IMG/VR virus record: IMGVR_UViG_3300035703_000008
Coordinates: 1-64,000 of that record
Reading direction: 5' to 3' (one strand)
DNA length: 64,000 nt
How positions within the stretch are numbered: the first letter of the stretch is position 1; each line of letters starts with the position of its first letter. Positions 19,655 through 29,765 of this stretch are shown here, in pieces. Under the pieces are notes generated by a model. It had not been told where the DNA came from. It worked only from the letters and a program-made list of their open reading frames with translations, and made no database searches. Position numbers and translations under genes: made by a program.

Positions 19655-20386
19655 ATGAGGGATTATCTACTGGATCTGGTGGGACACACCTATGATCTTG
19701 GCTGTATCGAACTGATCAAAATCACCGGCACTGATCAAGAAACCACCATCGACGGCATCGCCGAAGATCGCAGCGTGGTTGTACAAGGTCGATTCCTGAA
19801 TCCTGTGCCCGACTTCGTCGGTACCTTTGGTATGCCCAATCTCGGCAAGCTCAAGGTACTGTTGAATCTACAGGAATATCGCGAAAACGCTGACATCACG
19901 GTCACGCATCAGGATCGCAATGGCGTAAACGCACCCGTGGGTCTGCATTTCAAGAATGCCACTGGCGACTTCAAAAACGACTATCGTTTCATGACTGCTG
20001 AGATCATTGGAGAAAAGCTCAAGACCGTGAAGTTCAAGGGAGCCAATTGGAACATCGAGTTCGAGCCCACAGTGAGCTCGGTGCAGCGACTCAAGATGCA
20101 GGCACAGGCCAATGCCGAGGAATCCACGTTCCAGGCCAAGACCAACGGCAAGGATCTCCAGTTTGTGTTTGGTGACCATTCAACACACGCTGGTGAATTT
20201 ATTTTCCAGCATGATGTAGGCGGCACATTGAAACGTGCATGGAGTTGGCCAGTCAAACAGTTTATCAGCATCCTGGATCTTACTGGTGACAAAGTAGTAC
20301 GCATCAGCGACGAGGGTGCGGCTATGATCACTGTGAACTCAGGCATCGCTGAGATCAACTATATCCTACCGGCACAGAGCAAGTGA
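19655..20386 (+). CDS. sliding clamp (gp45-like)
   Basis: 243 aa, beta-rich; near the polymerase; C-terminal NYILPA. Confidence 0.65.
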   Translation: MRDYLLDLVGHTYDLGCIELIKITGTDQETTIDGIAEDRSVVVQGRFLNPVPDFVGTFGMPNLGKLKVLLNLQEYRENADITVTHQDRNGVNAPVGLHFKNATGDFKNDYRFMTAEIIGEKLKTVKFKGANWNIEFEPTVSSVQRLKMQAQANAEESTFQAKTNGKDLQFVFGDHSTHAGEFIFQHDVGGTLKRAWSWPVKQFISILDLTGDKVVRISDEGAAMITVNSGIAEINYILPAQSK

Positions 20387-21411
20387 TCAACCATATCCCC
20401 ATCTATCTCCAGAGTACCTATGAAGCCATTCCCCGGAGAGACATGGGGGTGGCCATCGACTATGACTGCAACATACCTGATCGCAATCTCTTGATTGACT
20501 GGAGTGGCAACTGTTTCCTTTGCCACTGCGAAGCATGGTTGCCGGTGAGCGTGGGGCAGATACAAGAATTTGACACATTGGAACAGGTCTGGAACAATCC
20601 TCGATCCCAGGTCATACGAGCAGACGTGCGAGATCGACGGTTCACACACTGCGCCGTAGATCGATGTGGTATACAGCACGGCAACATACACTGGGATCGA
20701 TATCAGATCAGCATCAACATCGATGAGAGCTGCAATCTCCGTTGTCCCAGTTGCAGGACCGATCTCATAATGCGAGACTCCGGCGCCGAGTACGAAGCCA
20801 AACTGGCACAAGTACGTCATGTGGTGCGGTTGTTAGAGGATTTTGATCAACCTGTACACATAGTCATGAGCGGCAATGGCGATCCACTGGCATCTGCGAT
20901 CATGCGCCCACTCATACATGAGTTCCAACCAAGGTCCACACAGACTTTCCGTTTGTTTACCAATGGACTTTTACTGAAGAAGCAGCTGGAAAAAAGCCGC
21001 ATCGTTCCCAACATCACCCAGTATTTCATATCCATTGATGCTGGTTCTGCTGACGTGTATCATCATGTGCGACAGCCAGGCCGTTGGTCTGTGCTGATCG
21101 ACAATCTCAATTATCTGCAGGCCGTGGCCAAAACACACAGGGCTGAAGTGCTGTTGAAATTTGTTCTACAACGCGACAACTGGCACGACATGGAAAACTT
21201 TGTGAACCTCTGTGTGAGCTATGGGTTCCACGGAGTTATCAATCGCTTGGAAGACTGGGGTACTTGGCCACAATTCCGTGATCACGACGTGATCGGTAAC
21301 CAAGATCATGTCCTCCATGATCAAGCTGTCACCGAGCTGGGGAGGGTTTACAGACTCTACGGTGATCGTGTACAATTCAATTCCAGCCTCAAGGATCTGG
21401 CCACTAAATGA
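20383..21411 (+). CDS. radical SAM protein (Twitch/SPASM-like)
   Basis: CNLRCPSC, SGNGDP, TNG, ISIDAG. Confidence 0.9.
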   Translation: MINHIPIYLQSTYEAIPRRDMGVAIDYDCNIPDRNLLIDWSGNCFLCHCEAWLPVSVGQIQEFDTLEQVWNNPRSQVIRADVRDRRFTHCAVDRCGIQHGNIHWDRYQISINIDESCNLRCPSCRTDLIMRDSGAEYEAKLAQVRHVVRLLEDFDQPVHIVMSGNGDPLASAIMRPLIHEFQPRSTQTFRLFTNGLLLKKQLEKSRIVPNITQYFISIDAGSADVYHHVRQPGRWSVLIDNLNYLQAVAKTHRAEVLLKFVLQRDNWHDMENFVNLCVSYGFHGVINRLEDWGTWPQFRDHDVIGNQDHVLHDQAVTELGRVYRLYGDRVQFNSSLKDLATK

Positions 21412-22949
21412 CTGACTCATCCAAAGACATCACGCACGATTTCACTGCCAATCAACGAGATTATGCGGTATTTTTACCGGCTATCTCCAGTTTCTACGCT
21501 GGTTACATAGGTCGCGAACGCCACGGCGTGGGACTCGAACCCGGGCGTTTACCCGCTGCCTTGGGCACCATGGAAGCCATGAACTGGCTCAACCCCACAA
21601 AAAGCCTGTTCCCTTACCGGTGGAGTCTTTACTCGGCTGGTCACGCTGACCTTGATCTCAAGAGATTCAATGCCAAAGAAGACATGGTCAGGAACAGAGA
21701 TCCCGGTTCTACCCTGGTCATGGACTCGGGTGGATTCCAGATCGCCAAAGGTGTGTGGCCTGGGCGCTGGGCTGATCCCACAGACAAGGCCGCAGAAAAG
21801 AAACGCCGAGCCGTGTTGGAATGGCAATGCGGGGTGGCCGATTATGGCATGACCATGGATATTCCCACATGGACTTTCCGTGATCCTGTGGCCGCAGAAA
21901 AATGTGGAATCCACAGCTACGAAGATGCTGTCAAGGCCACCAAGTTCAACAACGACTATTGGATCGCTAATCGCCACGGATCCACCAAGATATTGAATGT
22001 GCTGCAAGGTGGTAATCATGCCGAAGCCGATCACTGGTACGATCTCATGAAAGGCTACTGCGATGCTGGCCAACACGAAAATCCCTTCAATGGGTGGGGC
22101 ATGGGAGGCCAGAACATGTGTGACGTGCATCTCGTGCTCAAACGCATTGTAAATCTCATACACGATGGTCTCTTGGAACCGGGCCTGCACGACTGGATGC
22201 ACTTCCTGGGCACAAGCAAACTGGAATGGGCAGTGCTGCTCACAGACATCCAGAGAGCCGTGAGATACTATCACAATCCCAATTTCACCATCAGCTTCGA
22301 CTGTGCTTCACCGTTCTTGGCCACAGCCAACGGCCAGCTCTATCACAACATCAACGTGGCCAATCGCACCAAATGGAGCTACAACATGAGCGCCACTGTG
22401 GACGACAAGAAGTATGCCACAGACACTCGCTTGTTTGGTGATGCTGTGCGGCAAGACGGCATCCATCCCCAATTTGAAGATTCACCGATCACCAGTCGCA
22501 TACAAGTGTCAGATGTGTGTTGGTACCGGCCCGGCGATCTCAACAAGATCGGCAAAGAAGGTCGCACATCCTGGGACAGCTTCAGCTATGCCCTGCTCAT
22601 GGGACACAATGTGTGGACTCATATCGAAGCAGTACAGCGTGCCAATCATGCCTATGATTCGGGCACAGCACCTGACATGATGGTGCATCCCTTGGATCCC
22701 ATCTATGACGCCAGATCGGTGATCAATCGAGTATTTGCTGCTCGTGATCGCCAAAAGAGCTTGGCTATAATTGATGATCATGCTAAAGTTTGGGAAAGGA
22801 TCATAGGCACACGTGGTTTCACAGGAAAACGAGCAGTAAACGCACACACCATGTTCAACAACTTTTTCCCTGATGACGACGTCCAAGATCAAGAACCCGA
22901 ACTCGACCCTGATAAACTGGCCCAACTAGAGGAGAATGATGATGTATGA
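21408..22949 (+). CDS. TGT-fold guanine transglycosylase (DpdA-like)
   Basis: MDSGGFQ, MDIP, VLQG, HFLG and SFDCASP motifs; deazaguanine genes nearby. Confidence 0.8.
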   Translation: MTDSSKDITHDFTANQRDYAVFLPAISSFYAGYIGRERHGVGLEPGRLPAALGTMEAMNWLNPTKSLFPYRWSLYSAGHADLDLKRFNAKEDMVRNRDPGSTLVMDSGGFQIAKGVWPGRWADPTDKAAEKKRRAVLEWQCGVADYGMTMDIPTWTFRDPVAAEKCGIHSYEDAVKATKFNNDYWIANRHGSTKILNVLQGGNHAEADHWYDLMKGYCDAGQHENPFNGWGMGGQNMCDVHLVLKRIVNLIHDGLLEPGLHDWMHFLGTSKLEWAVLLTDIQRAVRYYHNPNFTISFDCASPFLATANGQLYHNINVANRTKWSYNMSATVDDKKYATDTRLFGDAVRQDGIHPQFEDSPITSRIQVSDVCWYRPGDLNKIGKEGRTSWDSFSYALLMGHNVWTHIEAVQRANHAYDSGTAPDMMVHPLDPIYDARSVINRVFAARDRQKSLAIIDDHAKVWERIIGTRGFTGKRAVNAHTMFNNFFPDDDVQDQEPELDPDKLAQLEENDDV

Positions 22950-23151
22950 ATCGCGTATCCGGCATCTCGAAATCACGCACGAGACTCTGAACAAGAAAAT
23001 CGATGCCTTGGAAAAGACCGGTGTATTCACGGATCCGCATCTAGCGGAAATGAAGAAACAAAAACTGCAGGTGAGAGATCAACTCAGTGACCTGCGTCGT
23101 CGGCAGTGGGAACACGACCACGAAACAGTTGACATGGATGATGGCCGATGA
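22936..23151 (+). CDS. DUF465/YdcH-like coiled-coil protein
   Basis: H..L...I..LE....MKKQKLQVRD pattern. Confidence 0.6.
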   Translation: MMMYESRIRHLEITHETLNKKIDALEKTGVFTDPHLAEMKKQKLQVRDQLSDLRRRQWEHDHETVDMDDGR

Positions 23152-23738
23152 ACGAAAATCCTCTCACTCACTGGTCGATCTATCATGACTACATCTCAGA
23201 AAAATTCTTGTATGTCTGCAAAGATCGAAAAGTGCTAGAAATAGCCAGCTTCAACGGGCATCAGACGCTGGCTATACAACACAATCAGCCCAGTGATCTA
23301 TTACTGGTGGAGCCTAACACCGAGACAGTCACGACCCTAGAATCGAAATTTCCCGAAGCTGAAATCATCAGCCAGGACATATTCGAAGTCTACAAAAATG
23401 ATTTACCAGCTGATGTAGTAGTTTGTTGTGGATTGTTATATCATTTGCATTGCCCGATCTATCTACTCGAGCTGATAGTAGAAAAGTCTGATCCTGAATT
23501 TATCATACTTGACTCAACTAATGTCAAAGATTTCACGCACGGGCAAGAAAAAATCAACGAACCCGGACATCGTTATTCGGCACTTAAAAAAACTGCTGGT
23601 TTATATGTAGTTTTTCCGCATCAGTATATCAATCAGGCATTGGAAAATCTGGGATATGCCATGACAATCTATCACGAACTCGAAGATTTAAAAATCCATA
23701 CCAAAGAAAACTGGATGGCAATGTGGAGAAAAAAATGA
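23148..23738 (+). CDS. class I SAM methyltransferase
   Basis: VLEIASFNG, VEP, DVVVCCGLLYH. Confidence 0.8.
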   Translation: MNENPLTHWSIYHDYISEKFLYVCKDRKVLEIASFNGHQTLAIQHNQPSDLLLVEPNTETVTTLESKFPEAEIISQDIFEVYKNDLPADVVVCCGLLYHLHCPIYLLELIVEKSDPEFIILDSTNVKDFTHGQEKINEPGHRYSALKKTAGLYVVFPHQYINQALENLGYAMTIYHELEDLKIHTKENWMAMWRKK

Positions 23739-24247
23739 ATCGCCCAGGGCACGAGCAGATAGCATTTTTCTGGGGCAACGAAGTCGAGCACACTCCCATG
23801 CTGGGACGACCCACCTTGTTTGTGGTAGGCTTGCGCAGCGTGTCAGACATCGAGCGAGAATTGGAAAAACGACCCGATGTCGAGCACATCTTTTTTGGAG
23901 CCAACGACAGTTATCTCCCCAGTGACTGGAAAGATCACCAGGCCTGGGAAAGCATGATCGCTACATTCCTGGATCGTGGCCATTGGTGCAGTCTGGATAT
24001 TCCATTCCGGTATGTGGAAGAGTTTCATGAAGGTGGTCTATGTGAACACCATCGTTTCATTCCCATCATCAAAGTTCCGATCCCTTACTCGGGACTCTGG
24101 AACTACAATACCTGTGTCAAGATCGACGATCGAGACTTCGCTGCCACCAATCCCGGTGTGTGGGTACATCAACTCCATGCGCTCATGAGTCGTGATCGAT
24201 TCACCGATTGGAGCCAATATAGCAAGGATGCCCCAGTCAATGACTGA
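23735..24247 (+). CDS. hypothetical protein in the deazaguanine neighbourhood
   Basis: GNEVEHTP..G.PTLFV and DF.ATNPGVW; core-like codon usage. Confidence 0.65.
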   Translation: MNRPGHEQIAFFWGNEVEHTPMLGRPTLFVVGLRSVSDIERELEKRPDVEHIFFGANDSYLPSDWKDHQAWESMIATFLDRGHWCSLDIPFRYVEEFHEGGLCEHHRFIPIIKVPIPYSGLWNYNTCVKIDDRDFAATNPGVWVHQLHALMSRDRFTDWSQYSKDAPVND

Positions 24248-25424
24248 CGATCGGTACTGGAACCAATCTTCTTTTTGCCCAGTGGCCTGGCGTGGGATCT
24301 ATGTAGATCCTGAAGGAAAAGTTGACAACTGTTGTATTTCATCCAATCGGTTGGGCAATCTTCATGATTCACCTATTGGGGAGATAGTGCAAGGTCGACG
24401 GTTCTTGGAAATAAGACAATCCATGATCGACGGCAACATCCCTCAGGGCTGTCAGGTATGCTACAATGGAGAATCTACAAATCTTCGGAGAGCATTTTTA
24501 GACAAGTTTTCCAAATACGATCGAGACATCTACGACGATGTTCGCGGATTTCGTCTTAATTATCTAGACCTAAGATGGAGTAATACCTGTAATTCTGCCT
24601 GTGTTTATTGTGGTCCAAAATTGAGTTCGAAGATCGCAGCCGAACAAGGAATAGAAATACGAAAAGACTCTGCAAACATAGATCGAACCAAGCAGTTTGT
24701 TGCTGATAACATCCACGACGTCAAGGATATCTATCTAGCCGGCGGAGAGCCTTTGCTGATAAAAGAAAACGAATGGTTATTGTCCTTGTTGCTAGAAAAA
24801 GGAATAGCACCGAGGATCCTGGTCAATACCAATCTCAGCCAAATTGACAACCGTGTCTTTGATCTACTCTGCCAATTCAACAATGTGCATTGGTTGATCA
24901 GTGGCGAGCATGTGGGAGAACACTATGAATACATCAGATATGGTAGTTCCTGGTCGCAGTTTGAAAAAAACGTTGATCATCTCTTAGAAAAGACAGTCCC
25001 GCTTGGTCATAGGTACGAATTTAATTTGGTATATTTTTTATTGAATTTGCAAGGGTTTTGGCAATACCTTGACTGGCTTAAGAGTAAAAAGATACCCGAT
25101 ATGGTGGTGCATCCGGCTTGGATCAGCAATGGTGTCATTGATCCACTGGATCCAAGGCGGGTACCCGAATCGTATCAACATCTCATACTAGAAAACATAC
25201 AGAAAAGATTGGAAAATGGAGATCATTGGGATAGGCAATTAGCACAACATCTGCTAAACTGTTGGCAAGAGACACAACGATACCCTAACCCCATATGGAG
25301 TTGTCGGACCAAATTGGCTTCGCTGGACAAGTCTAGAAATCTCAACAGCAAAAAATTATGGCCCGAAATCTGGGCCATGTTTGACCAACTAGCAAAAGAA
25401 TGGAAAGAAAATGAATCAAGATGA
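24240..25424 (+). CDS. radical SAM protein (Twitch/SPASM-like)
   Basis: CNSACVYC, AGGEP, NTN; N-terminal C..CC..CQVC. Confidence 0.9.
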   Translation: MTDDRYWNQSSFCPVAWRGIYVDPEGKVDNCCISSNRLGNLHDSPIGEIVQGRRFLEIRQSMIDGNIPQGCQVCYNGESTNLRRAFLDKFSKYDRDIYDDVRGFRLNYLDLRWSNTCNSACVYCGPKLSSKIAAEQGIEIRKDSANIDRTKQFVADNIHDVKDIYLAGGEPLLIKENEWLLSLLLEKGIAPRILVNTNLSQIDNRVFDLLCQFNNVHWLISGEHVGEHYEYIRYGSSWSQFEKNVDHLLEKTVPLGHRYEFNLVYFLLNLQGFWQYLDWLKSKKIPDMVVHPAWISNGVIDPLDPRRVPESYQHLILENIQKRLENGDHWDRQLAQHLLNCWQETQRYPNPIWSCRTKLASLDKSRNLNSKKLWPEIWAMFDQLAKEWKENESR

Positions 25425-25860
25425 AAGAGAAACCGCACAACGCATCCAAGACCAAGCACGGCGTTGGATCTGGGTCACATTCCAGCGAGAAGGCATACAC
25501 CGATACCCAGCGGCAGCCACCGATCCCAAGCTCGCCACCGGCAGCTGGGACGACGTTTCATTCTTGGCTAATGCTCATCGTCATATCTTCCATTTTCGTG
25601 TGGCTCTCCAAGTATTCCACAATGACCGAGATGTGGAGTTCATTCAGTTCAAGCGGTGGCTTGAACGGTTGTATAGTAGCGACTCGGGTGTACTGTCTCT
25701 CGACTTCAAAAGTTGTGAGATGATGGCCGATGACCTATATATACAGATAGCAGACCGCTATCCAGGACGAGCGGTCTGTGTCGAGGTAGCCGAAGATGGA
25801 GAAAACGGCTGTCGCATCGAGTATGAAACCCATCGTCCATCAATGTCAATCAATATCTAG
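25411..25860 (+). CDS. QueD paralogue (DpdL-like T-fold protein, candidate CDG decarboxylase)
   Basis: LANAHRHIF matches LxxxHRHxF; SCE and EDGENG T-fold C-terminus. Confidence 0.65.
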   Translation: MNQDERETAQRIQDQARRWIWVTFQREGIHRYPAAATDPKLATGSWDDVSFLANAHRHIFHFRVALQVFHNDRDVEFIQFKRWLERLYSSDSGVLSLDFKSCEMMADDLYIQIADRYPGRAVCVEVAEDGENGCRIEYETHRPSMSINI

Positions 25861-25873
25861 AAGGAAAAAGAAC

Positions 25874-26086
25874 ATGGCACGTCCAGCGTTCCGACCCAAT
25901 CCTCGAGTCACCCAGGTCTTCGAAGACCTAGAGCAATACCTACGTTTCTGCCAGGACTTTGGCTACAAGTACGACGAGCGCGACCTGTACAACTGGAAGA
26001 GCTACCCTTATCAACAATTCAACAAGCATCTCCAAGGCAAAACAGCCAAGGACATGTGGACACAAGACCAAAGGCGATCTCGATAG
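25874..26086 (+). CDS. hypothetical protein
   Basis: AAGGA RBS; packed between neighbours. Confidence 0.6.
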   Translation: MARPAFRPNPRVTQVFEDLEQYLRFCQDFGYKYDERDLYNWKSYPYQQFNKHLQGKTAKDMWTQDQRRSR

Positions 26087-26092
26087 TTGCCG

Positions 26093-26986
26093 ATGATTCA
26101 TATATTTTTTGTTCCAGGAATGTTTGGATCAATGTTGGAATATGTACTTAGATCCTATACCAATGAAGGATCTCCTGTTGTTGCAGACATACGTTCCGAC
26201 GGATCAATGCACAGCTTTGACAAACGATATCATCCAGTGACGATTCAACAAATACTTGATGAATTTGATCACGAGGCTGATATTACCACTCCTATATATC
26301 CTTGTATCGGCGGAGAACTGGCAGATATTGTGGAATCTTTTCGACTAAGGTCTAAAACCTGGAATCAGGATCACAAGATCCTGATCTCTAGCCCAAATCA
26401 GGCATGGACGGAAATTAATATTTTATTCCACTATCACAAAACTTTTCTTCGTGGCAGCCCAGGATTAGAAATATATGCTAAACAAAATCCTCCAATGGCA
26501 TCCAAATGGAACACAAATTATTCTGACTGGTCTCAGATGCATGTGTGGGAAATGCGAGAATGGTTTAGTCTTTTTTATAGAAAATGGTCAGAGTCCTGGA
26601 TAGTGTCAGAGATTGACGAAGATTTTTTACACATTACTAACCAAGATCTAATGCAGGATACTAAAAAGACTGTACAAAAAATATTGTCGTGGTGTAATCT
26701 TACCCCAAAACCAGGATTAGATAAATTCATTGATGAATACGTTTCAAAACAAACTTATATACTTGACGAATACAACAAAATAGAAAATGCAGTTGATTGT
26801 GTCGTTAATAATCGAGACTACCATTGGGACAGACTCAGCCCTGTTGGAGAAGCGATGATACAAACCAAGCTCAGGGATCATGGACTGGAAATACAATGTC
26901 ATGGGCTTGACACTTTTCCAACATCCAGTGTAGAGTTAAAAAAACTAACATATCCGTCTATCAATCTACATACAATACAATCATGA
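26093..26986 (+). CDS. sulfotransferase/P-loop-like hypothetical protein
   Basis: N-terminal FVPGMFGS resembles 15303; AT-rich. Confidence 0.45.
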   Translation: MIHIFFVPGMFGSMLEYVLRSYTNEGSPVVADIRSDGSMHSFDKRYHPVTIQQILDEFDHEADITTPIYPCIGGELADIVESFRLRSKTWNQDHKILISSPNQAWTEINILFHYHKTFLRGSPGLEIYAKQNPPMASKWNTNYSDWSQMHVWEMREWFSLFYRKWSESWIVSEIDEDFLHITNQDLMQDTKKTVQKILSWCNLTPKPGLDKFIDEYVSKQTYILDEYNKIENAVDCVVNNRDYHWDRLSPVGEAMIQTKLRDHGLEIQCHGLDTFPTSSVELKKLTYPSINLHTIQS

Positions 26987-28188
26987 GAAAACTTTTTTAC
27001 ATGGGCCTTGAAGCCTATCAAGAACGCTACACTCTACAACTCACCGAGTGGAACCGGCGTGTGTTTGACCGGCGTGGACTGGACGTGGTCTATGTGCCAG
27101 GACTTACACTGGACAATGCCCAAAAGATATCAGTGGGACAGGTCTTGGACGCGCATGGTCGCAGTTATTTTGCCATGAGCCAGATGATGAATCTCGTCAG
27201 ACTCATGCAACAAGGAGATGTCACCAGCGAAGATGTTGTCTACTTTGAAGACATGTTCCAGCCCGGTATTGAAAGCCTGCCTTACATCCTGGATCAAGTG
27301 CCCGACAATCTTCGTCCTAGGATCTTTGTTCGCTGTCTTGCTCAAGCCATTGATCCCGATGACTTCGTTCATGTCTGGGGCATGGCGGGCTGGATGTCAA
27401 CGTATGAACGGATGGTGAATCAGATTCCGGGACTCACTGTGCTGGCCACCAACGAAGAGATGGTGGCACACATGAGGATCGCAGGCTGGACTGCTCCCAT
27501 CTACAACATCTCGGGCCTGGCTTTTGGCCGCGAAGAAGTGCTGGAGCGTATTGGTGGTCGAGACCGGATCCGACCCTTTGCTGAACGTCCTCGCAGGGTG
27601 GCATTTGCTGCTCGATTCGATCAAGAGAAGCAGCCGGGATTCTTCATGGATCTCATCGAGATGACCGGCGAACTCAACTCCACGCCCACCGAATGGTGTA
27701 TCTATTCCGGTAGCGCATTGAGATCCAACAATCCCGAGTTCGTAGAACGTGCCCGTGCCATGGAAAAGAAAGGTCAGCTGCGTATCTATGAAAATCTCTC
27801 CAAGAACGACTACTATGCCTTGCTCAATGATACCAGGGTGTTGTTTAACTGTGCCCTGCAAGATTGGGTTTCAAACACTGTAAGCGAAGCCGATACCCTG
27901 GGCGCCAATGTGGTATACCCAGCCTATCGTAGTTTCCCGGAAACATTTGCCAATGATCCTGAGCGACTCTACGTGCCCTGGAGCATCGACGATGCCTATC
28001 ACAAAGTTCAGAATGCCTTGTATGCACCACATCACAACATGGGCCTGATCTCCGCCTGGAACGATGGCACTGTGGATCGCATCGTGGACATCATCACAGG
28101 ACAAGGCGAACAATGGAATCGCGCAGGCAATCGCTATCGCGATCATGTCGCACACGAAAAATATCAAGTAGTCAAAATCGAAGGATAA
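26983..28188 (+). CDS. GT-B glycosyltransferase
   Basis: FAARFDQEKQP and ALQDWVSNTVSEADTLG (variant of the GT4 E-x7-E region). Confidence 0.75.
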   Translation: MRKLFYMGLEAYQERYTLQLTEWNRRVFDRRGLDVVYVPGLTLDNAQKISVGQVLDAHGRSYFAMSQMMNLVRLMQQGDVTSEDVVYFEDMFQPGIESLPYILDQVPDNLRPRIFVRCLAQAIDPDDFVHVWGMAGWMSTYERMVNQIPGLTVLATNEEMVAHMRIAGWTAPIYNISGLAFGREEVLERIGGRDRIRPFAERPRRVAFAARFDQEKQPGFFMDLIEMTGELNSTPTEWCIYSGSALRSNNPEFVERARAMEKKGQLRIYENLSKNDYYALLNDTRVLFNCALQDWVSNTVSEADTLGANVVYPAYRSFPETFANDPERLYVPWSIDDAYHKVQNALYAPHHNMGLISAWNDGTVDRIVDIITGQGEQWNRAGNRYRDHVAHEKYQVVKIEG

Positions 28189-28190
28189 TC

Positions 28191-29150
28191 ATGGCCAAGA
28201 TGGTGTTAGTCACAGGAGCTGCCGGTTACATCGGCGGCGAAACAGTTTTACGTCTCAAAGATCAAGGGCACACTGTGATAGGAGTGGATACCCGAGCTGC
28301 TCCAATGCATCTACGACACAGTGCAGATCGGTTTTTCCAGGAAGACTTCAGTTCTAAACTGGGGCTTGACATCATCGCCAAATTCAGTCCCGATGTGATC
28401 GTGCATTGTGCTGGGTCTAGTTTGGTGGGACCCAGCATTGGCAATCCACGACAATACTATCACAACAACTTCTGCAAGACCAAGACCATGGTGGATTATC
28501 TCTTGGACAATGCCCAACGCAAGTTGCCCAGGATCGTGTTTTCTAGTTCGGCTGCGGTGTACGGAGAACCAGTGATGACACCGTGCCGTGAAGAAGATCC
28601 AGCCCTGCCCATATCGCCCTATGGCGAGAGCAAGCTCATGATCGAGATGCTGCTGAACAGCTATCATCATGCCTACAATCTCGAGTCGGTGTCGTTCCGC
28701 TATTTCAATGCCTGCGGTGCTGACAGTCTCAACCGACATGGTCAAGAACCCGGGGCCACACACATCATCGCACGTGTGCTGGAGAGCATACGCAATGATC
28801 AAGACTTTGTGTTGTTTGGTGATGCCTATGCCACTGCTGACGGTAGCTGTGTAAGAGATTATGTGCATGTGGAGGACATCGCCAATGCACACGTGGCTGC
28901 CGTGGAAAGCGACATCACCACTGGTTCCTATAACTTAGGCACCAATCAAGGTATCAGCAATCTCGAGATAGTGAACATGGCCGAGAAAATCACCGGTCGT
29001 CGGGTGCGAGTCATGCATGGACCTAACCGCGCCGGTGATCCCGCTGTGCTCACAGCCAATGCCGAAAAGTTCCAAAAGACATCGGGCTGGCAGGCACGAT
29101 TCTCCCTGGAAGACATGATCACACATGCATGGAAATGGTATAACCAATGA
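28191..29150 (+). CDS. galE: UDP-glucose 4-epimerase
   Basis: TGAAGYIG, FSSSAAVYG, YGESK, RYFNACG, RDYVHV. Confidence 0.9.
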   Translation: MAKMVLVTGAAGYIGGETVLRLKDQGHTVIGVDTRAAPMHLRHSADRFFQEDFSSKLGLDIIAKFSPDVIVHCAGSSLVGPSIGNPRQYYHNNFCKTKTMVDYLLDNAQRKLPRIVFSSSAAVYGEPVMTPCREEDPALPISPYGESKLMIEMLLNSYHHAYNLESVSFRYFNACGADSLNRHGQEPGATHIIARVLESIRNDQDFVLFGDAYATADGSCVRDYVHVEDIANAHVAAVESDITTGSYNLGTNQGISNLEIVNMAEKITGRRVRVMHGPNRAGDPAVLTANAEKFQKTSGWQARFSLEDMITHAWKWYNQ

Positions 29151-29728
29151 GTTTTGACACCATCCGTAGATTTGAACAGGCCTTGGGTGAATACACCGGT
29201 GCTCCCTACGTGATCATGACCGATTGCTGCACCCATGCCATTGAGCTGTGCTTGAGACATGAACGGCCCAGCAATCTCGCTTTCACAGCCTACACCTATC
29301 TATCCGTCCCCATGCTGATGCACAAGTTGAACATAGAGTATCGGCTCATTCCCGAGGATTGGACCGGCGAGTATCAATTCCATGGTAGCCGAGTCTGGGA
29401 TTCAGCCCGTAGGTTGGAGCGTGGCATGTATAGACCCGGGCAGATGCAGTGCCTGAGTTTTGGGCATGGCAAGCCTTTACAGATAGGCCGTGGCGGTGCT
29501 ATACTGTTGGATGATGCCCAGACCTATGATGTCATGATCCAGCAACGCTATGATGGTCGCGACCTAAATATCCTACCCTGGGAGAAACAGCAAACATTCC
29601 GGGTGGGTTATCATTATCGTCCCACCATAGAAGAAGCCGAACGCGGACTGGAACTGTTGCCACAGGTCGCAGAAGCACCACGGTATGTGAAGTATCCTGA
29701 TTGTAGAAACATCACTATCATTAAATGA
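29147..29728 (+). CDS. short DegT/DnrJ-family PLP aminotransferase-like protein
   Basis: FE..L..Y.G, CT.A, DSA, SFGHGKPL..GRGG. Confidence 0.7.
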   Translation: MSFDTIRRFEQALGEYTGAPYVIMTDCCTHAIELCLRHERPSNLAFTAYTYLSVPMLMHKLNIEYRLIPEDWTGEYQFHGSRVWDSARRLERGMYRPGQMQCLSFGHGKPLQIGRGGAILLDDAQTYDVMIQQRYDGRDLNILPWEKQQTFRVGYHYRPTIEEAERGLELLPQVAEAPRYVKYPDCRNITIIK

Positions 29729-29765
29729 TAACTCGGCGATCCACCGCCCTAACTCGGAGACAAGA

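Noticed and set aside
21408-22949. Ordinary bacterial tRNA-guanine transglycosylase (tgt)
   Set aside because: It is longer and divergent and lacks the CxCxxC zinc motif; the context favours a DpdA-like enzyme, so no gene symbol was assigned
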